Shown in pieces: positions 19,473 through 29,587 of a DNA stretch of 64,000 bases; the stretch's first letter is position 1; each line of letters starts with the position of its first letter. The notes under the pieces are model-generated. The model had not been told where the DNA came from and ran no database searches. It saw nothing but the letters and a program-made list of their open reading frames with translations. The translations under genes and the position numbers were made by a program. Source of the stretch: Candidatus Cloacimonadales bacterium (GTDB lineage: Bacteria; Cloacimonadota; Cloacimonadia; Cloacimonadales; JAIOQZ01); assembly GCA_963665815.1 (NCBI GenBank), contig OY762463.1, positions 1,664,001 to 1,728,000 of the forward strand. The letters are read 5' to 3'.

Positions 19473-20242
19473 TCATTGAATTGAATCTGTTCTTCGCCGG
19501 ATTACTCCTGCTTATCCCGCTTGTCATTATTATTGTTTGTAAGCTTAATCTGATAAAGGACACAATTGTAGCCTTCTCCAGAATGATTATCCAGTTTGCC
19601 ATCATTGCTGTTATACTACAGTTTTTGTTTAATTCCGAGTCATTTCTTACAACTTCACTGTGGTTATTGGTTATGATAACAGCAGCTGTACTCACGGTTT
19701 ACGAGAAATTAAAACTACCTGCAAAAATCGTGATTCCTGTTCTCGGAGCTGCATTCCTGACAACAGTATTGTTTCTCCTGCCCTATATGGCATTTCTTGT
19801 TCTTAAGGCAGAACCATTTTATAAACCACAGTATGTAATCCCTATGTTCGGTATGATTCTGGGAAACAGCATGAGTGGTACAGCTCTGGCTTTAGAGCGT
19901 TATTACAGTGATCTGACAACAAATAAGGCAATATACCTCAACAAAATTGTACTTGGAGCAAAAGTATCTGAAGCCACAGAAAGTTTTTTCAAACCTGCAT
20001 TCAGAGCTGCACTTATTCCAAGAATTCTCAATATTGCTTCACTGGGACTGATCAGTCTACCCGGAATGATGACAGGTCAGATTATCAGTGGAACCAATCC
20101 GGTAGAAGCTATAAAATACCAGTCCATGATAATGGTATTTATCGTCACAGGAGTTACTATTTCAGTGCTTATAAGTCTGAAACTGTTTGAAAAACTAATC
20201 TTTGATTGTAACCTGATGCTGAAAGTGAATGGGAAGAAGTAA
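19469..20242 (+). CDS. ABC permease, UPF0014 (FetB/YbbM-like)
   Basis: GMILGNSM, GLISLPGMMTGQI..G..P.EAIKYQ; ATGA overlap with the ATPase gene. Confidence 0.88.
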   Translation: MIIELNLFFAGLLLLIPLVIIIVCKLNLIKDTIVAFSRMIIQFAIIAVILQFLFNSESFLTTSLWLLVMITAAVLTVYEKLKLPAKIVIPVLGAAFLTTVLFLLPYMAFLVLKAEPFYKPQYVIPMFGMILGNSMSGTALALERYYSDLTTNKAIYLNKIVLGAKVSEATESFFKPAFRAALIPRILNIASLGLISLPGMMTGQIISGTNPVEAIKYQSMIMVFIVTGVTISVLISLKLFEKLIFDCNLMLKVNGKK

Positions 20243-20316
20243 CTCGGGTACATACATAGAAACAGAATAATGCATACTTTTAGCAGGCTTTTCCATATGT
20301 GAAATACACAATCTAT

Positions 20317-20344
20317 AAAAAAAGGCTGCGCATCAGGCAGCCTT
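20317..20344 (-). terminator. Terminator between convergent genes
   Basis: A-run followed by the AAGGCTGC...GCAGCCTT hairpin. Confidence 0.7.
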
Positions 20345-20368
20345 CTATTTAGTAATATATGTAATACT

Positions 20369-22039
20369 CTAGTATATTTCTCTCAGTGCTTCGGCAATAT
20401 TAAGTGAATTGTCACCGATATGCTCAAAGTGTCTGATCATGTCGATATAGAGGAGCTCGGATTTAACGTTTGCTCCATCCTGAATTCTATGCCTTGATTC
20501 TTTTTTTAATGTATCTCGAAGATTATCGATCTGTTCTTCAAGTTTATATGCAAGGTTAAGGTCTTCCTTATGAAGGTGTTTATTCAGGTTAGTTCGGTAC
20601 AAACTGATGAATTCACTGACCAGTTTACTGATTCTCTTAACTTCGCTTCTTGAGTTAGGATGAAGCTGGATTTTATCATTATATTTCTTTTCCGTGAACA
20701 GCATAAGTCTGAAGCATGAGTCAGCAACACTTTCAAGTTCATGGACAATACGCATAAGAGCATTTACATTCTTGATATTGATTTCACCAAGGTCCTCACT
20801 GGTACATTCAACGAGGAATTTTGATATTTCTATCTGCATCTGGTCAGTAAGATCTTCCTGATCACGCAGTTTTTCGACAAAACTTCCCATATTTTTGTCA
20901 GGATTATTGAATACTTCCTGGAATGTATTAAACATTTCCTCGGTAACTTCAGCCATTTTAACAATTTCTTCTTTCGCTTTAATCAAATTAAGTTGAGGTG
21001 TATTTTGAACTCCCGTTTTGATATACTGAAGTTTATAGACATTAGCATTATCCGAAGTCTTTTCTTTAACCAATTTTCTTACAATCTTTGCAAATTGAGG
21101 AACAAAGCTCAGGAATATAATGGTATTTGTAATATTAAACAATGTATGAAACAATGACAGATTCAATGGAAGATTGCTTTGCAGAGAAGTATCCCACGGG
21201 GCAATGAGATTTACAAGTTTTGTAAATGGAACAAATATTATGGAAATCCAGACAACCCCCAGAATGTTAAAAAGCATGTGCCCTCGAGCAGCCCGTTTTG
21301 CATTTACATTAGCCCCTATTGAAGCAAGAAATGCTGTTATCGTTGTTCCAATGTTTTCTCCAAGAACAATAGCTGCAGCAGTAGGGAAATCAATCCATCC
21401 TTTAAATGCCATTGTTACAGTGATTGCCATCGCAGCAGATGAGGATTGCACAATTACAGTAAGTACTGTACCAACCATAACAAAGAATAAATAGGAGAAA
21501 AATCCGTAATTCGTCCAGTGTCTTAGGAACTCCAGAACTTCAGGATGGTGTTTAATATCCGGTACAGCGTCTTTCAGGAAGGAAAGTCCAAGAAACAGGA
21601 GTCCGAAACCAATCAGAACTTCTCCCCAATCCTTACTTTTTCTGTTTTTTGACATTATAAAGGGCAGACCAATACCTATAATAGGTACAGCAATAGCGGT
21701 TATCTTGAATTTAAATCCTATAAAGGAGACAATCCAGGTTGTGACTGTTGTACCAATATTAGCTCCCATTATAACACCAATAGCCTGTGTTAAGTTGAGA
21801 AGACTGGCATTAACAAAACTCACAATCATAACAGTTGTTGCTGAAGATGATTGCACAAGTGCGGTGATAAAAAAACCAGTAAGAACCGCTACAAAACGGT
21901 TTCTGGTCATATAATTAAGAATTTTCTGTAATCGGCTTCCGGCAACTTTTTGAATACCATCACTCATTACCTTCATTCCATAAAGGAAAATCCCTAAAGA
22001 TCCTGCTAATTGAAAAAATGCAGAAAAGAAAGACGACAT
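20369..22039 (-). CDS. Na+/Pi cotransporter family protein with PhoU domains
   Basis: QSSSATT..GANIGTT and QSSSAAM..GENIGTT repeats; C-terminal ELESVAD / FEHIGD PhoU helices. Confidence 0.93.
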   Translation of the reverse strand: MSSFFSAFFQLAGSLGIFLYGMKVMSDGIQKVAGSRLQKILNYMTRNRFVAVLTGFFITALVQSSSATTVMIVSFVNASLLNLTQAIGVIMGANIGTTVTTWIVSFIGFKFKITAIAVPIIGIGLPFIMSKNRKSKDWGEVLIGFGLLFLGLSFLKDAVPDIKHHPEVLEFLRHWTNYGFFSYLFFVMVGTVLTVIVQSSSAAMAITVTMAFKGWIDFPTAAAIVLGENIGTTITAFLASIGANVNAKRAARGHMLFNILGVVWISIIFVPFTKLVNLIAPWDTSLQSNLPLNLSLFHTLFNITNTIIFLSFVPQFAKIVRKLVKEKTSDNANVYKLQYIKTGVQNTPQLNLIKAKEEIVKMAEVTEEMFNTFQEVFNNPDKNMGSFVEKLRDQEDLTDQMQIEISKFLVECTSEDLGEINIKNVNALMRIVHELESVADSCFRLMLFTEKKYNDKIQLHPNSRSEVKRISKLVSEFISLYRTNLNKHLHKEDLNLAYKLEEQIDNLRDTLKKESRHRIQDGANVKSELLYIDMIRHFEHIGDNSLNIAEALREIY

Positions 22040-22049
22040 AAGCTTTCTC

Positions 22050-22195
22050 CGTTAGTTTAGTGTTAATGTCCTGTTAATATTTTCTTAAAGTATGTCAACA
22101 AGAAAATAGAATCTTCTAAAGATTTTCATTTTGCAGGTCTTGAATTATAACATTTTAAGAATCAAAGTGTTAGGATTGTGTTAAGATTGTGTTAA
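22050..22195 (-). promoter_or_regulatory. Two Pho-box-like arrays (TTAACA at 11-bp spacing) plus an extended -10
   Basis: Minus-strand hexamers TTAACA/TTAACA/CTAACA at 22190/22179/22168, then TGnTATAAT at 22152-22144; second array at 22072/22061/22050; located upstream of the Na/Pi transporter. Confidence 0.7.
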
Positions 22196-22483
22196 AATGA
22201 TATAAATTAGGAGGTTTCGGCTACAGGAATTGTCGTTTTTCGGTGAAAATAGTTAACCCCGTTTATTAACTTTTTCTTGTTTTTGGCATTCATACCGGAA
22301 CCGAATATTCTTCGAAAATGAAGAGTGGTAAAAAGGGCACTATTCGAAAACGAATATACGAAAATGAAATGAAGAATATTCAATAAAGTGTTTACTCATT
22401 GAGAATAAATGATTTATAATATTTGAAGAAATTGGCACTGAAAATGTTATATAGAATGTAAAATAAAATTTGTGGAGGAAACC

Positions 22484-22813
22484 ATGAACCAAGACATCAT
22501 AATCTCAGCAAAGTTTGTCAGCAAGAAGACAGGAAGACCGGTATCAAGTTCAAAGTACTGGAGTAAAGTAATGGCAAAAGGATTTTTCAAGGATTGTTTC
22601 CTTGATATGCAGAACCTTGATGATGAAGGAAAGATTAAAGGATACTCAAATCTCGATTTAACCGGAAACGTAAAACCGGACATTTATTTTGAATTGTACT
22701 TCGAAGACAAAAAAGTATTCAAAAGCCGTGTATACAAGAAATCAGACTTTCTGAAGGGAAGACGTATCAGCAATCATCCATTCGCGTTGGATTTCGGTAC
22801 TATACAAGTTTAA
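22484..22813 (+). CDS. Hypothetical protein (transthyretin-like beta fold possible), first gene of the dynamin operon
   Basis: GGAGG RBS before ATG 22484; D.FL.....DDEG...KPDIYF pattern. Confidence 0.6.
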   Translation: MNQDIIISAKFVSKKTGRPVSSSKYWSKVMAKGFFKDCFLDMQNLDDEGKIKGYSNLDLTGNVKPDIYFELYFEDKKVFKSRVYKKSDFLKGRRISNHPFALDFGTIQV

Positions 22814-22848
22814 ACAGTTCTTATCGAAATATGAATACCGGAGGAAAA

Positions 22849-25089
22849 ATGCGTGAAGTATATATCTGCCACAACCCATTTACGATTCATACTGAGTTCA
22901 AGGTTGATGGAAAAGAGATCAATAATCCGGAGCTGACTAAGCTCAGAAACTCCAGATTTCAAACTTTTGTTTCGAAACTAGTTCCACTGATTTCATTTAT
23001 AATTCAGTCCCGAGAGTTCAACCTGAAATTCCATGGTAGATCCCTGGATTTTGAAGATTTGATGTCGGAAGTTGAACAGCACAACCAGGAAGGTTATAAA
23101 ATCAATGTAACCTTCAGTAAAGGTGTTGATGAAGGTGCGAAAGAAGACCAGCTGAGAGACTTGTTCAGTGAGATTCAGGATGGACCCTTTGACGAAGTGA
23201 AGTCGGAACGAGTAGTAACAGAATTTGAACAGGCATTAAACTCTAATGTGGAAGTATCAGTAATTGCAACAATGAGCTCCGGTAAATCAACATTAATCAA
23301 TGCAATACTAGGTAATGAGCTGATGCCGTCAAAGAATATGGCTTGTACATCCAGTATTACGAGAATCAATAATTGCAGGGATACTGAAGAAATGATGGCA
23401 AGAGTTTTTGACGATGAAGGAAAACAAATAATGAACTGGAAACAGGTTACAGCTGAAGAACTGGATAGACTTAATGCCAGAGAGGATGTTTCCACAATAG
23501 AAATCAAAACTCCTGTAGAAAGTATTAACACTAAGCACATGAATCTAACGATTATTGATACTCCGGGACCAAACAACTCCCAGAACAAATCTCACAGAGA
23601 AAAAACTATTGAGTTTATAAAAAACAATAAGCGACCAATTATTCTTTATATACTTAATGCAACTCAGTTTGGTATTAACGATGATGCCATGCTGCTTGAA
23701 ACAGTAGCCGATTCAATGAAAGGTGAAGATCGTCAGGTTATAGACAGATTCATTTTTGCATTGAACAGAGTAGATGATTTTGACCCGGGTAAGGAAGACA
23801 TCGGAAGTCTGCTTGAAACTGCGAAACAATATCTTACAAGCAAAGGTATTAAAGAGCCGAATGTATATCCTGTATCAGCATTAATCGGCAAATTATCCAG
23901 AATGAAGCTCAGTGGAATTGATATCGGTATGGAAGAATTTGAACTGATGAAATTCCAGGCTGTAACCAAAAAGTACTCTCAGATGAATTTGCAGCAATAT
24001 GCACCACTTACCAAAGCATATAAAGACAAGCTTGATAAACAGCTTGAAGAAGCAGATGATGCTCAAAAACTGCTATATTATTCAGGGGTTCCGGCGATCG
24101 AAGCAGCAATTGAAGAGTATCTTGAAAAATACGCTGTCCCGGCTAAATTCCTTAATGCAGTTAAAACATTTGAATCTATACTCAATGAAAAGGAATGGGA
24201 CAGAGAACTTAAGCTGAAGATTCATGAAAATGAATCGACCAGAAAGCAGATACGTGAGAGTATGAAAGCAATTCAATCAGTTCTTGATAAAGGAGAGCAG
24301 GCTCTGGAATTCGACAGGAAAATCAGTGAGCTGCAGTTTGATAACGGATCGATAAAAGCAATAAGAAGAAAACTCCCTAAACTTATATCATCAGTTATTG
24401 CTTCCTTTATGGAAAATGATGAGTTATCTCCCGACGAAGCCAGGATATACATTGACAGTGCCGAAAAGAAAATAGCATATTTTGAGTCAGAGATAAAAGT
24501 TGAACTGGAAAACGTATTCGTTAATGGACTACTTAAGGAAGCCAAGAAGATTCTCGAAGAATACACATGTTTCATTCAGAACATTTTTGAGACAAACAAT
24601 ATGATAAATCTCGAGCTGAAAGAAGATTTGCTTAAGAACTTCACAGTTAAACTACCCAAACCGGAAGAACTGGTAAGCAAAACATCTACTCGCAAAAAAG
24701 TGGTTACATACGAATATGTAAAAAGATCAATATTTAATGTTAACCGTTGGTTGGGTGAAGCATACAGAGAAGAAAAAAGAGGACTACAAGATGTAGAAAG
24801 AATTGATATTGAGAACCTTGTAGACTCTTTTACATCAATTGTAAAACAGAATTTCTATAAGAATATTGAAGAAACCGAAAAGATTCTGAAATCAGAAATA
24901 GAGAAGCTGAAAATTGAATTCAAGCATCAGAGAGATAACTTCCATGGTATTCTGAAAAAGAAAATAAACGAGATGAATACTTTCACAAGAGATCATGAAA
25001 GCCTTGGAGAAGAAATCCTCAAATACAGAAAGCAACAACTCTGGACAAAGAACATCAAATCAGAATTAGGCAATATACTCGTTATCTGA
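22849..25089 (+). CDS. Bacterial dynamin-like GTPase
   Basis: G1 ATMSSGKST, G2 ACTS, G3 DTPG, G4 NRVD, followed by a long helical/coiled-coil stalk; GGAGG RBS before ATG 22849. Confidence 0.85.
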   Translation: MREVYICHNPFTIHTEFKVDGKEINNPELTKLRNSRFQTFVSKLVPLISFIIQSREFNLKFHGRSLDFEDLMSEVEQHNQEGYKINVTFSKGVDEGAKEDQLRDLFSEIQDGPFDEVKSERVVTEFEQALNSNVEVSVIATMSSGKSTLINAILGNELMPSKNMACTSSITRINNCRDTEEMMARVFDDEGKQIMNWKQVTAEELDRLNAREDVSTIEIKTPVESINTKHMNLTIIDTPGPNNSQNKSHREKTIEFIKNNKRPIILYILNATQFGINDDAMLLETVADSMKGEDRQVIDRFIFALNRVDDFDPGKEDIGSLLETAKQYLTSKGIKEPNVYPVSALIGKLSRMKLSGIDIGMEEFELMKFQAVTKKYSQMNLQQYAPLTKAYKDKLDKQLEEADDAQKLLYYSGVPAIEAAIEEYLEKYAVPAKFLNAVKTFESILNEKEWDRELKLKIHENESTRKQIRESMKAIQSVLDKGEQALEFDRKISELQFDNGSIKAIRRKLPKLISSVIASFMENDELSPDEARIYIDSAEKKIAYFESEIKVELENVFVNGLLKEAKKILEEYTCFIQNIFETNNMINLELKEDLLKNFTVKLPKPEELVSKTSTRKKVVTYEYVKRSIFNVNRWLGEAYREEKRGLQDVERIDIENLVDSFTSIVKQNFYKNIEETEKILKSEIEKLKIEFKHQRDNFHGILKKKINEMNTFTRDHESLGEEILKYRKQQLWTKNIKSELGNILVI

Positions 25090-25104
25090 GTATAGGGAGA
25101 AACG

Positions 25105-25602
25105 ATGCAAACAACACTTTTTAATCGACTTGAAGAAGCGATTGCCGATAAAGATCGGATCAGTGTAAAGGTGCATCTGACTTCATTCATAGATAAATAT
25201 CCTGCAAACAGAGACAATGCTATTATTGACGCATTCCATTTTGCAGAGAATTGCTTCCCAAATTTTCTTGATGAGCACGAAGGAGAAAAATTCAAAACTG
25301 ATCGGCTGGACTGGGATGACGACTACTTTGCTCTTCTTATGGATGATCTCATTGATAATTTCTCCAAGGAACGATTCTATCATACAATTGAAGTATCCGG
25401 TCATTTATACAGCAAACAGCATCCGGGTATAGAACAGAAAACACAGGAAAACATTGAACCTCAGGAAGTCGCTGCTGAAACCCGAGTTGAGGAAAGTCAG
25501 CCGGAACCAGATAGTAATTTTATTCAGAAAATAATCATAATCAGTGTAAGCATTCTGATTGTTGCCGGTACTATAGCATACCTGATTCAGCAGTCGATGT
25601 GA
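25105..25602 (+). CDS. Hypothetical tail-anchored membrane protein
   Basis: Helical N-domain with W..DYF...L..NFSKERF.H..EV, an acidic linker and a single C-terminal TM helix; GGGAG RBS. Confidence 0.7.
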   Translation: MQTTLFNRLEEAIADKDRISVKVHLTSFIDKYPANRDNAIIDAFHFAENCFPNFLDEHEGEKFKTDRLDWDDDYFALLMDDLIDNFSKERFYHTIEVSGHLYSKQHPGIEQKTQENIEPQEVAAETRVEESQPEPDSNFIQKIIIISVSILIVAGTIAYLIQQSM

Positions 25603-25613
25603 CGGGAGACATT

Positions 25614-26348
25614 ATGAGCAACGAAAACGAATATGAATTAAACAACCGGACAGAACATAAAGCGGATGTAAATAATTATCATTATCATGATGAAAACCTT
25701 CCATTCAATATAACAGAGATTGAAAAGCGTATTTCCCGATCTGATAAGGACTATAAGTCGAAAGCACTGCATATAGCATTGGATTTTGTCTGGTTGAGAA
25801 AAGAATGGAGAGAAGGTAAAATTCCTGACAGTATCAGAGCGAATACAAGCTTCAGGAAATATGTACAGGAATATGCACCTTACAGTTACCACTATTGTTA
25901 CAGACTTGAGAAAACACTCTATCTGATAATCAATTATATGGAAAGAGAGTACAAAATTACTCAAGATGAAATTTTCAGATCAAAAAAATACATTGCAGAA
26001 GTTGAACATGTTTTTAACTCTATCGGAATAACAAAACTGAAACTTCTTCTGCTTGAGCATGACGAAATTGAAAGAATGAAAGTTCTGAATCAGCTTATAT
26101 CAGATCCTTATTCTTTCACAACCAACGATCTGAGAAAACGTGTAGGTCGCAAAATACCTTCTAAACCAGTAGAAAAACCGGTAAGTAACGATAAATTGTC
26201 AGGAAGACATCTGTCTATGGAAGACAGGCTGTTTTCCATGTTCGAACATCTGATCTGTGACACATTGAGTGAACAGGATCTGAAAAACATAATAAAAAAA
26301 TTCGGTCTGACACTTCTTACCGAAATAAAAACAAAAATGTATGAGTAA
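25614..26348 (+). CDS. Hypothetical protein (DUF3102/partition-like DNA-binding possible)
   Basis: About 245-aa ORF; SFRKYVQEYAPYSYHYCYRL and SIGITKLKLL resemble DUF3102-type helical proteins (weak). Confidence 0.5.
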   Translation: MSNENEYELNNRTEHKADVNNYHYHDENLPFNITEIEKRISRSDKDYKSKALHIALDFVWLRKEWREGKIPDSIRANTSFRKYVQEYAPYSYHYCYRLEKTLYLIINYMEREYKITQDEIFRSKKYIAEVEHVFNSIGITKLKLLLLEHDEIERMKVLNQLISDPYSFTTNDLRKRVGRKIPSKPVEKPVSNDKLSGRHLSMEDRLFSMFEHLICDTLSEQDLKNIIKKFGLTLLTEIKTKMYE

Positions 26349-26351
26349 ATT

Positions 26352-27248
26352 ATGGTACAATACGACACACATTACAGAAATGCCGTTTCGGTGCAGGATA
26401 TAATAATTCAGGCCTCAAGAAGCCGTCTGTCAACATTAAGGCAGGTGGTTTACACTCTTCAGAAATCACTTTTGAACAGAGACCAGAGTGCCGGTAAACT
26501 GAAAGAATTGATTGAAAAAGATCCTGCTCTCACAACGACTTTGATGAAGGAAGCTAACTCAGCTTTCTATGGTTACAAAAACAAAATTGATGATATAAAG
26601 AAAGCAATCATTCTGGTTGGTTTTGACAGAGTACGTCAAATGGCACTGCGTCAGAAAATGTTTGATTTCTTTAGTAAGTTATCCAGTTCAAACAAGCAGA
26701 TTATCTATGGACTCTGGAATCACAGTATTCTGGTGGCAACATGTGCAAAATCCATCTACCGAAAAGAATTCGGACTTCCCGGTGATGATATATATCTTGC
26801 AGGTCTACTGCATGATTTTGGACAAATTGCAGAATTTCAATTTATGCAGGCGGAGTTTATTCAGATTATTTCTCAGACAAAGCTTGTCAACATAGACATT
26901 GATAAGCTTGAAAAAAGAAAATTCGGATTTGATCACGCTTTTCTCGGTAAAAGCATTGCCAAAGCCTGGAACTTCCCGGATGTTATATCTGAAAGCATCG
27001 GTGGACATTGCAACCCAATGGCAGTAAGAGATCAATACAGAAAACTCACTATGGTTTTGTTTATTGCCGATTATATCTGCACTGAGCTTTATCCTGTTTT
27101 TTCTAAACCCGGCTATGTTCAGAAGAAAATACTTGTTTCCTGTCTTAACTCATTGAGAATTAAACAGGAAGCCCTTGAGCTTTTCGTGGAAGAGCTTAAG
27201 GCTGAATACCTGAACCTTGAAGAAAATAACTGGTTACTGAAACCATGA
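26352..27248 (+). CDS. HDOD domain protein
   Basis: IEKDPALT..LMKEANSAFYG, LWNHS, AGLLHDFG, FGFDHA.LG..IA..WNFP. Confidence 0.92.
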   Translation: MVQYDTHYRNAVSVQDIIIQASRSRLSTLRQVVYTLQKSLLNRDQSAGKLKELIEKDPALTTTLMKEANSAFYGYKNKIDDIKKAIILVGFDRVRQMALRQKMFDFFSKLSSSNKQIIYGLWNHSILVATCAKSIYRKEFGLPGDDIYLAGLLHDFGQIAEFQFMQAEFIQIISQTKLVNIDIDKLEKRKFGFDHAFLGKSIAKAWNFPDVISESIGGHCNPMAVRDQYRKLTMVLFIADYICTELYPVFSKPGYVQKKILVSCLNSLRIKQEALELFVEELKAEYLNLEENNWLLKP

Positions 27249-28015
27249 TTCCTGATATTGATTATATGCCAGATTATGACACAATGAGAGACCGGCTGAT
27301 AAAGCTGGAAATTGAGCTTCGTCATTTACAGAATGACTATGCTTTGACCAAAGATGAAAATCAGAAGACAATGGTTAAATATCTGGAAATTATGGCTGAT
27401 CTTGAACGTACAAATCAGGAATTGGAGAATTCCAGAAAGGAGATGCAGGTGTTATTGGGTGAATTGAAAACTAAAAATGAAGAGCTGCAGAAAGCACAGG
27501 AAAAGCTGAAGGAGCTTGCCAGTACAGACGAATTGACAAAATTGATAAACCGCAGAGTAATGCTTGAACATATTGATGATGAACTGATTCGCTTTGAACG
27601 TAGTAATAAGAAGTTTTGTATAGCAATTGCCGATATTGATAATTTTAAGGATATTAACGATACTTACGGACATAACATAGGTGATGAAGTACTGTTTGAG
27701 ACAGCATCCTTGTTCAAGGAATCCATAAGAAAGCAGGATATTGTTGCTCGCTGGGGTGGTGAAGAATTTCTTTTTCTCCTTCCGGAAACCGATATCCATG
27801 GTGGTGTAATTATCTGTGATAAAATCAGATCACTGATTAGTAAGCTTAATCTCAAACATAAAGGTTCTAAAGTGAACTTCACAATTACATTCGGGGTCTG
27901 TGAATTTTGTGGAGACAAAACAGTCATGGATACAATTTCCTGTGCAGATAAATATCTCTATAAAGGAAAAGAGACAGGCAAAAACGTTACCATGTCATCT
28001 ATTAATTCAATATAA
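27245..28015 (+). CDS. Diguanylate cyclase (coiled-coil + GGDEF domain)
   Basis: DELTKLINRR, DIDNFK.IND.YGH..GD, RKQD I-site, RWGGEEF; ATGA overlap with the HDOD gene. Confidence 0.93.
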   Translation: MIPDIDYMPDYDTMRDRLIKLEIELRHLQNDYALTKDENQKTMVKYLEIMADLERTNQELENSRKEMQVLLGELKTKNEELQKAQEKLKELASTDELTKLINRRVMLEHIDDELIRFERSNKKFCIAIADIDNFKDINDTYGHNIGDEVLFETASLFKESIRKQDIVARWGGEEFLFLLPETDIHGGVIICDKIRSLISKLNLKHKGSKVNFTITFGVCEFCGDKTVMDTISCADKYLYKGKETGKNVTMSSINSI

Positions 28016-28035
28016 CAGTTTCAGATAATCATAGA

Positions 28036-28797
28036 TCAACTGTCTGTATAACATGATTTCTTTAAATCATAAACTATTGATTCAAGACTGTCAATAACCT
28101 GTGGAATATAATATCCTATCAGATATGGAGATGTTACATACCTTGGTACAACCCGACAGATAATGAATTTTTCTCTTTTGAAGAAAAAAAGATTATAACT
28201 TGAACAATTATGACGACCAAGAGCATATTTAACAACTTTTCTGATATTCTCAGCAAGAAAGCGAGTATTGTGCTTAGATGGTACAATGATATTAAACTCA
28301 ACAGCAGTTGCATTGGGCTGCAAAGCTACATTTACAATTGATTCTTGTTCTCTATAAACTTCTATCCCAATAAAAATCTTCTCATTAATATGCTGCATGT
28401 AATCCAGATTCTTCAGTCCAGCAATCTGCATGTGGGCATGTCCGACAGTTCCTCCAGATAACGGACCATGATTCTTGAAGAACACAACCGATTTATATTC
28501 TCCGCTTTCCTCCATCCTGTCCCAGTGCTTGAACCCAAATTCAAGTACCTTCTGCAAGTGCTCTACAGGATATTCTGTGAGGTAGCTGTTACATTTATCT
28601 GTTTCAATCAGGACTGTCTGAAAAGCATGTTCCAGAGTCTGATATTTGTTTTTGACGAGAGTAATCGAACCATCCTGATCAATAATACCAGACAATCTGC
28701 TTTTCTTACAGAAAGGGCATTCTGTTGTTGCTCCCTGCTCTTCAGCTTTAAATCTGACTTTCGGGAATATAAAACAAAGATGTGTGTCATTTTTCAT
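28036..28797 (-). CDS. DUF4931 family protein (HIT/GalT-like)
   Basis: CPFC, NKYQTL, FFKNHGPLSGGT.GHAHMQI, SYNLFF, SPYLIGY.IPQ; start uncertain. Confidence 0.75.
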   Translation of the reverse strand: MKNDTHLCFIFPKVRFKAEEQGATTECPFCKKSRLSGIIDQDGSITLVKNKYQTLEHAFQTVLIETDKCNSYLTEYPVEHLQKVLEFGFKHWDRMEESGEYKSVVFFKNHGPLSGGTVGHAHMQIAGLKNLDYMQHINEKIFIGIEVYREQESIVNVALQPNATAVEFNIIVPSKHNTRFLAENIRKVVKYALGRHNCSSYNLFFFKREKFIICRVVPRYVTSPYLIGYYIPQVIDSLESIVYDLKKSCYTDS

Positions 28798-29158
28798 CAG
28801 TATTCTCATCACTTTTATGTAGTAACACGAAATCAAAAATCTCTTGTGCCCAGTTTCTTGACCACTCTCCGAAAGGTTTGAGTAGTTCTATCAGTTCATT
28901 ACCTCTTTTTGTCAGTTGATAACCTTCAAGTGTTCTTTCTACAATATCTGCTTCTCTAAGATCTTTAAGCCTGCTGTTGAGAATGGATGGTGATATTGAT
29001 TCACAACGAGCCTGTAGATCTCTGAATGTATAAGGACCATTCTGCAGCTGCCAGATTACTCCCATAGCCCAGGTTCGACCAACCAGATCGAACAATGCCA
29101 TGATTGGTACACCTGACTTGGATCCTCTGACCGGTTTCCCCGGAGTCGGTATAGACAT
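28787..29158 (-). CDS. HxlR/DUF24 family winged-helix transcriptional regulator
   Basis: FDLVGRTWAMGVIWQL, ISPSILNSRLKDL, YQLT.RG.EL. Confidence 0.9.
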   Translation of the reverse strand: MSIPTPGKPVRGSKSGVPIMALFDLVGRTWAMGVIWQLQNGPYTFRDLQARCESISPSILNSRLKDLREADIVERTLEGYQLTKRGNELIELLKPFGEWSRNWAQEIFDFVLLHKSDENTDEK

Positions 29159-29257
29159 ATAATCTCCTGCTCTTGATATTACTATCTAATAATTAAAATA
29201 TTCTTGTAAATGAACAATGCCATAATCCCTGTACACTGAATCATGGCAAGTTCCTTC

Positions 29258-29455
29258 TTAACCTATTAATTCTTTGATTGATTTTCCTGCGTGTCCAATG
29301 TTTTCAAGTGGATATTCCTCAATGAAAACCGTGAATTTTTCAGCATCAATTTTTGTGGCTCCTACAGCAATTTCTGTGAACCCTTTGATAAGTTCTTTCT
29401 TAACATCTTCATTGATAGAGTCAATTTTACCGATTGATAATGTGATAACTGGCAT
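29258..29455 (-). CDS. 4-oxalocrotonate tautomerase family protein
   Basis: Pro-1 (MPVITL), K.ELI...T, V.IEEYP.ENIG.AG; AAGGAG RBS. Confidence 0.88.
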   Translation of the reverse strand: MPVITLSIGKIDSINEDVKKELIKGFTEIAVGATKIDAEKFTVFIEEYPLENIGHAGKSIKELIG

Positions 29456-29587
29456 TTTTTCTCCTTTTAAAGCTTACTTCAGCTTTTCAGATTTTGTTTC
29501 CCTATGGCACCCTTATTCCGGATTGCGAGTGCTTTCAGGGTTATAATTACACTATGAGTACTCATTATTGCTTCGCAATAAATAGCT

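Noticed and set aside
22432-22448. Sigma-54 promoter for the dynamin operon (TGGCAC-TGAAA-ATGT)
   Set aside because: The -12 element reads GT rather than GC, too weak to call.
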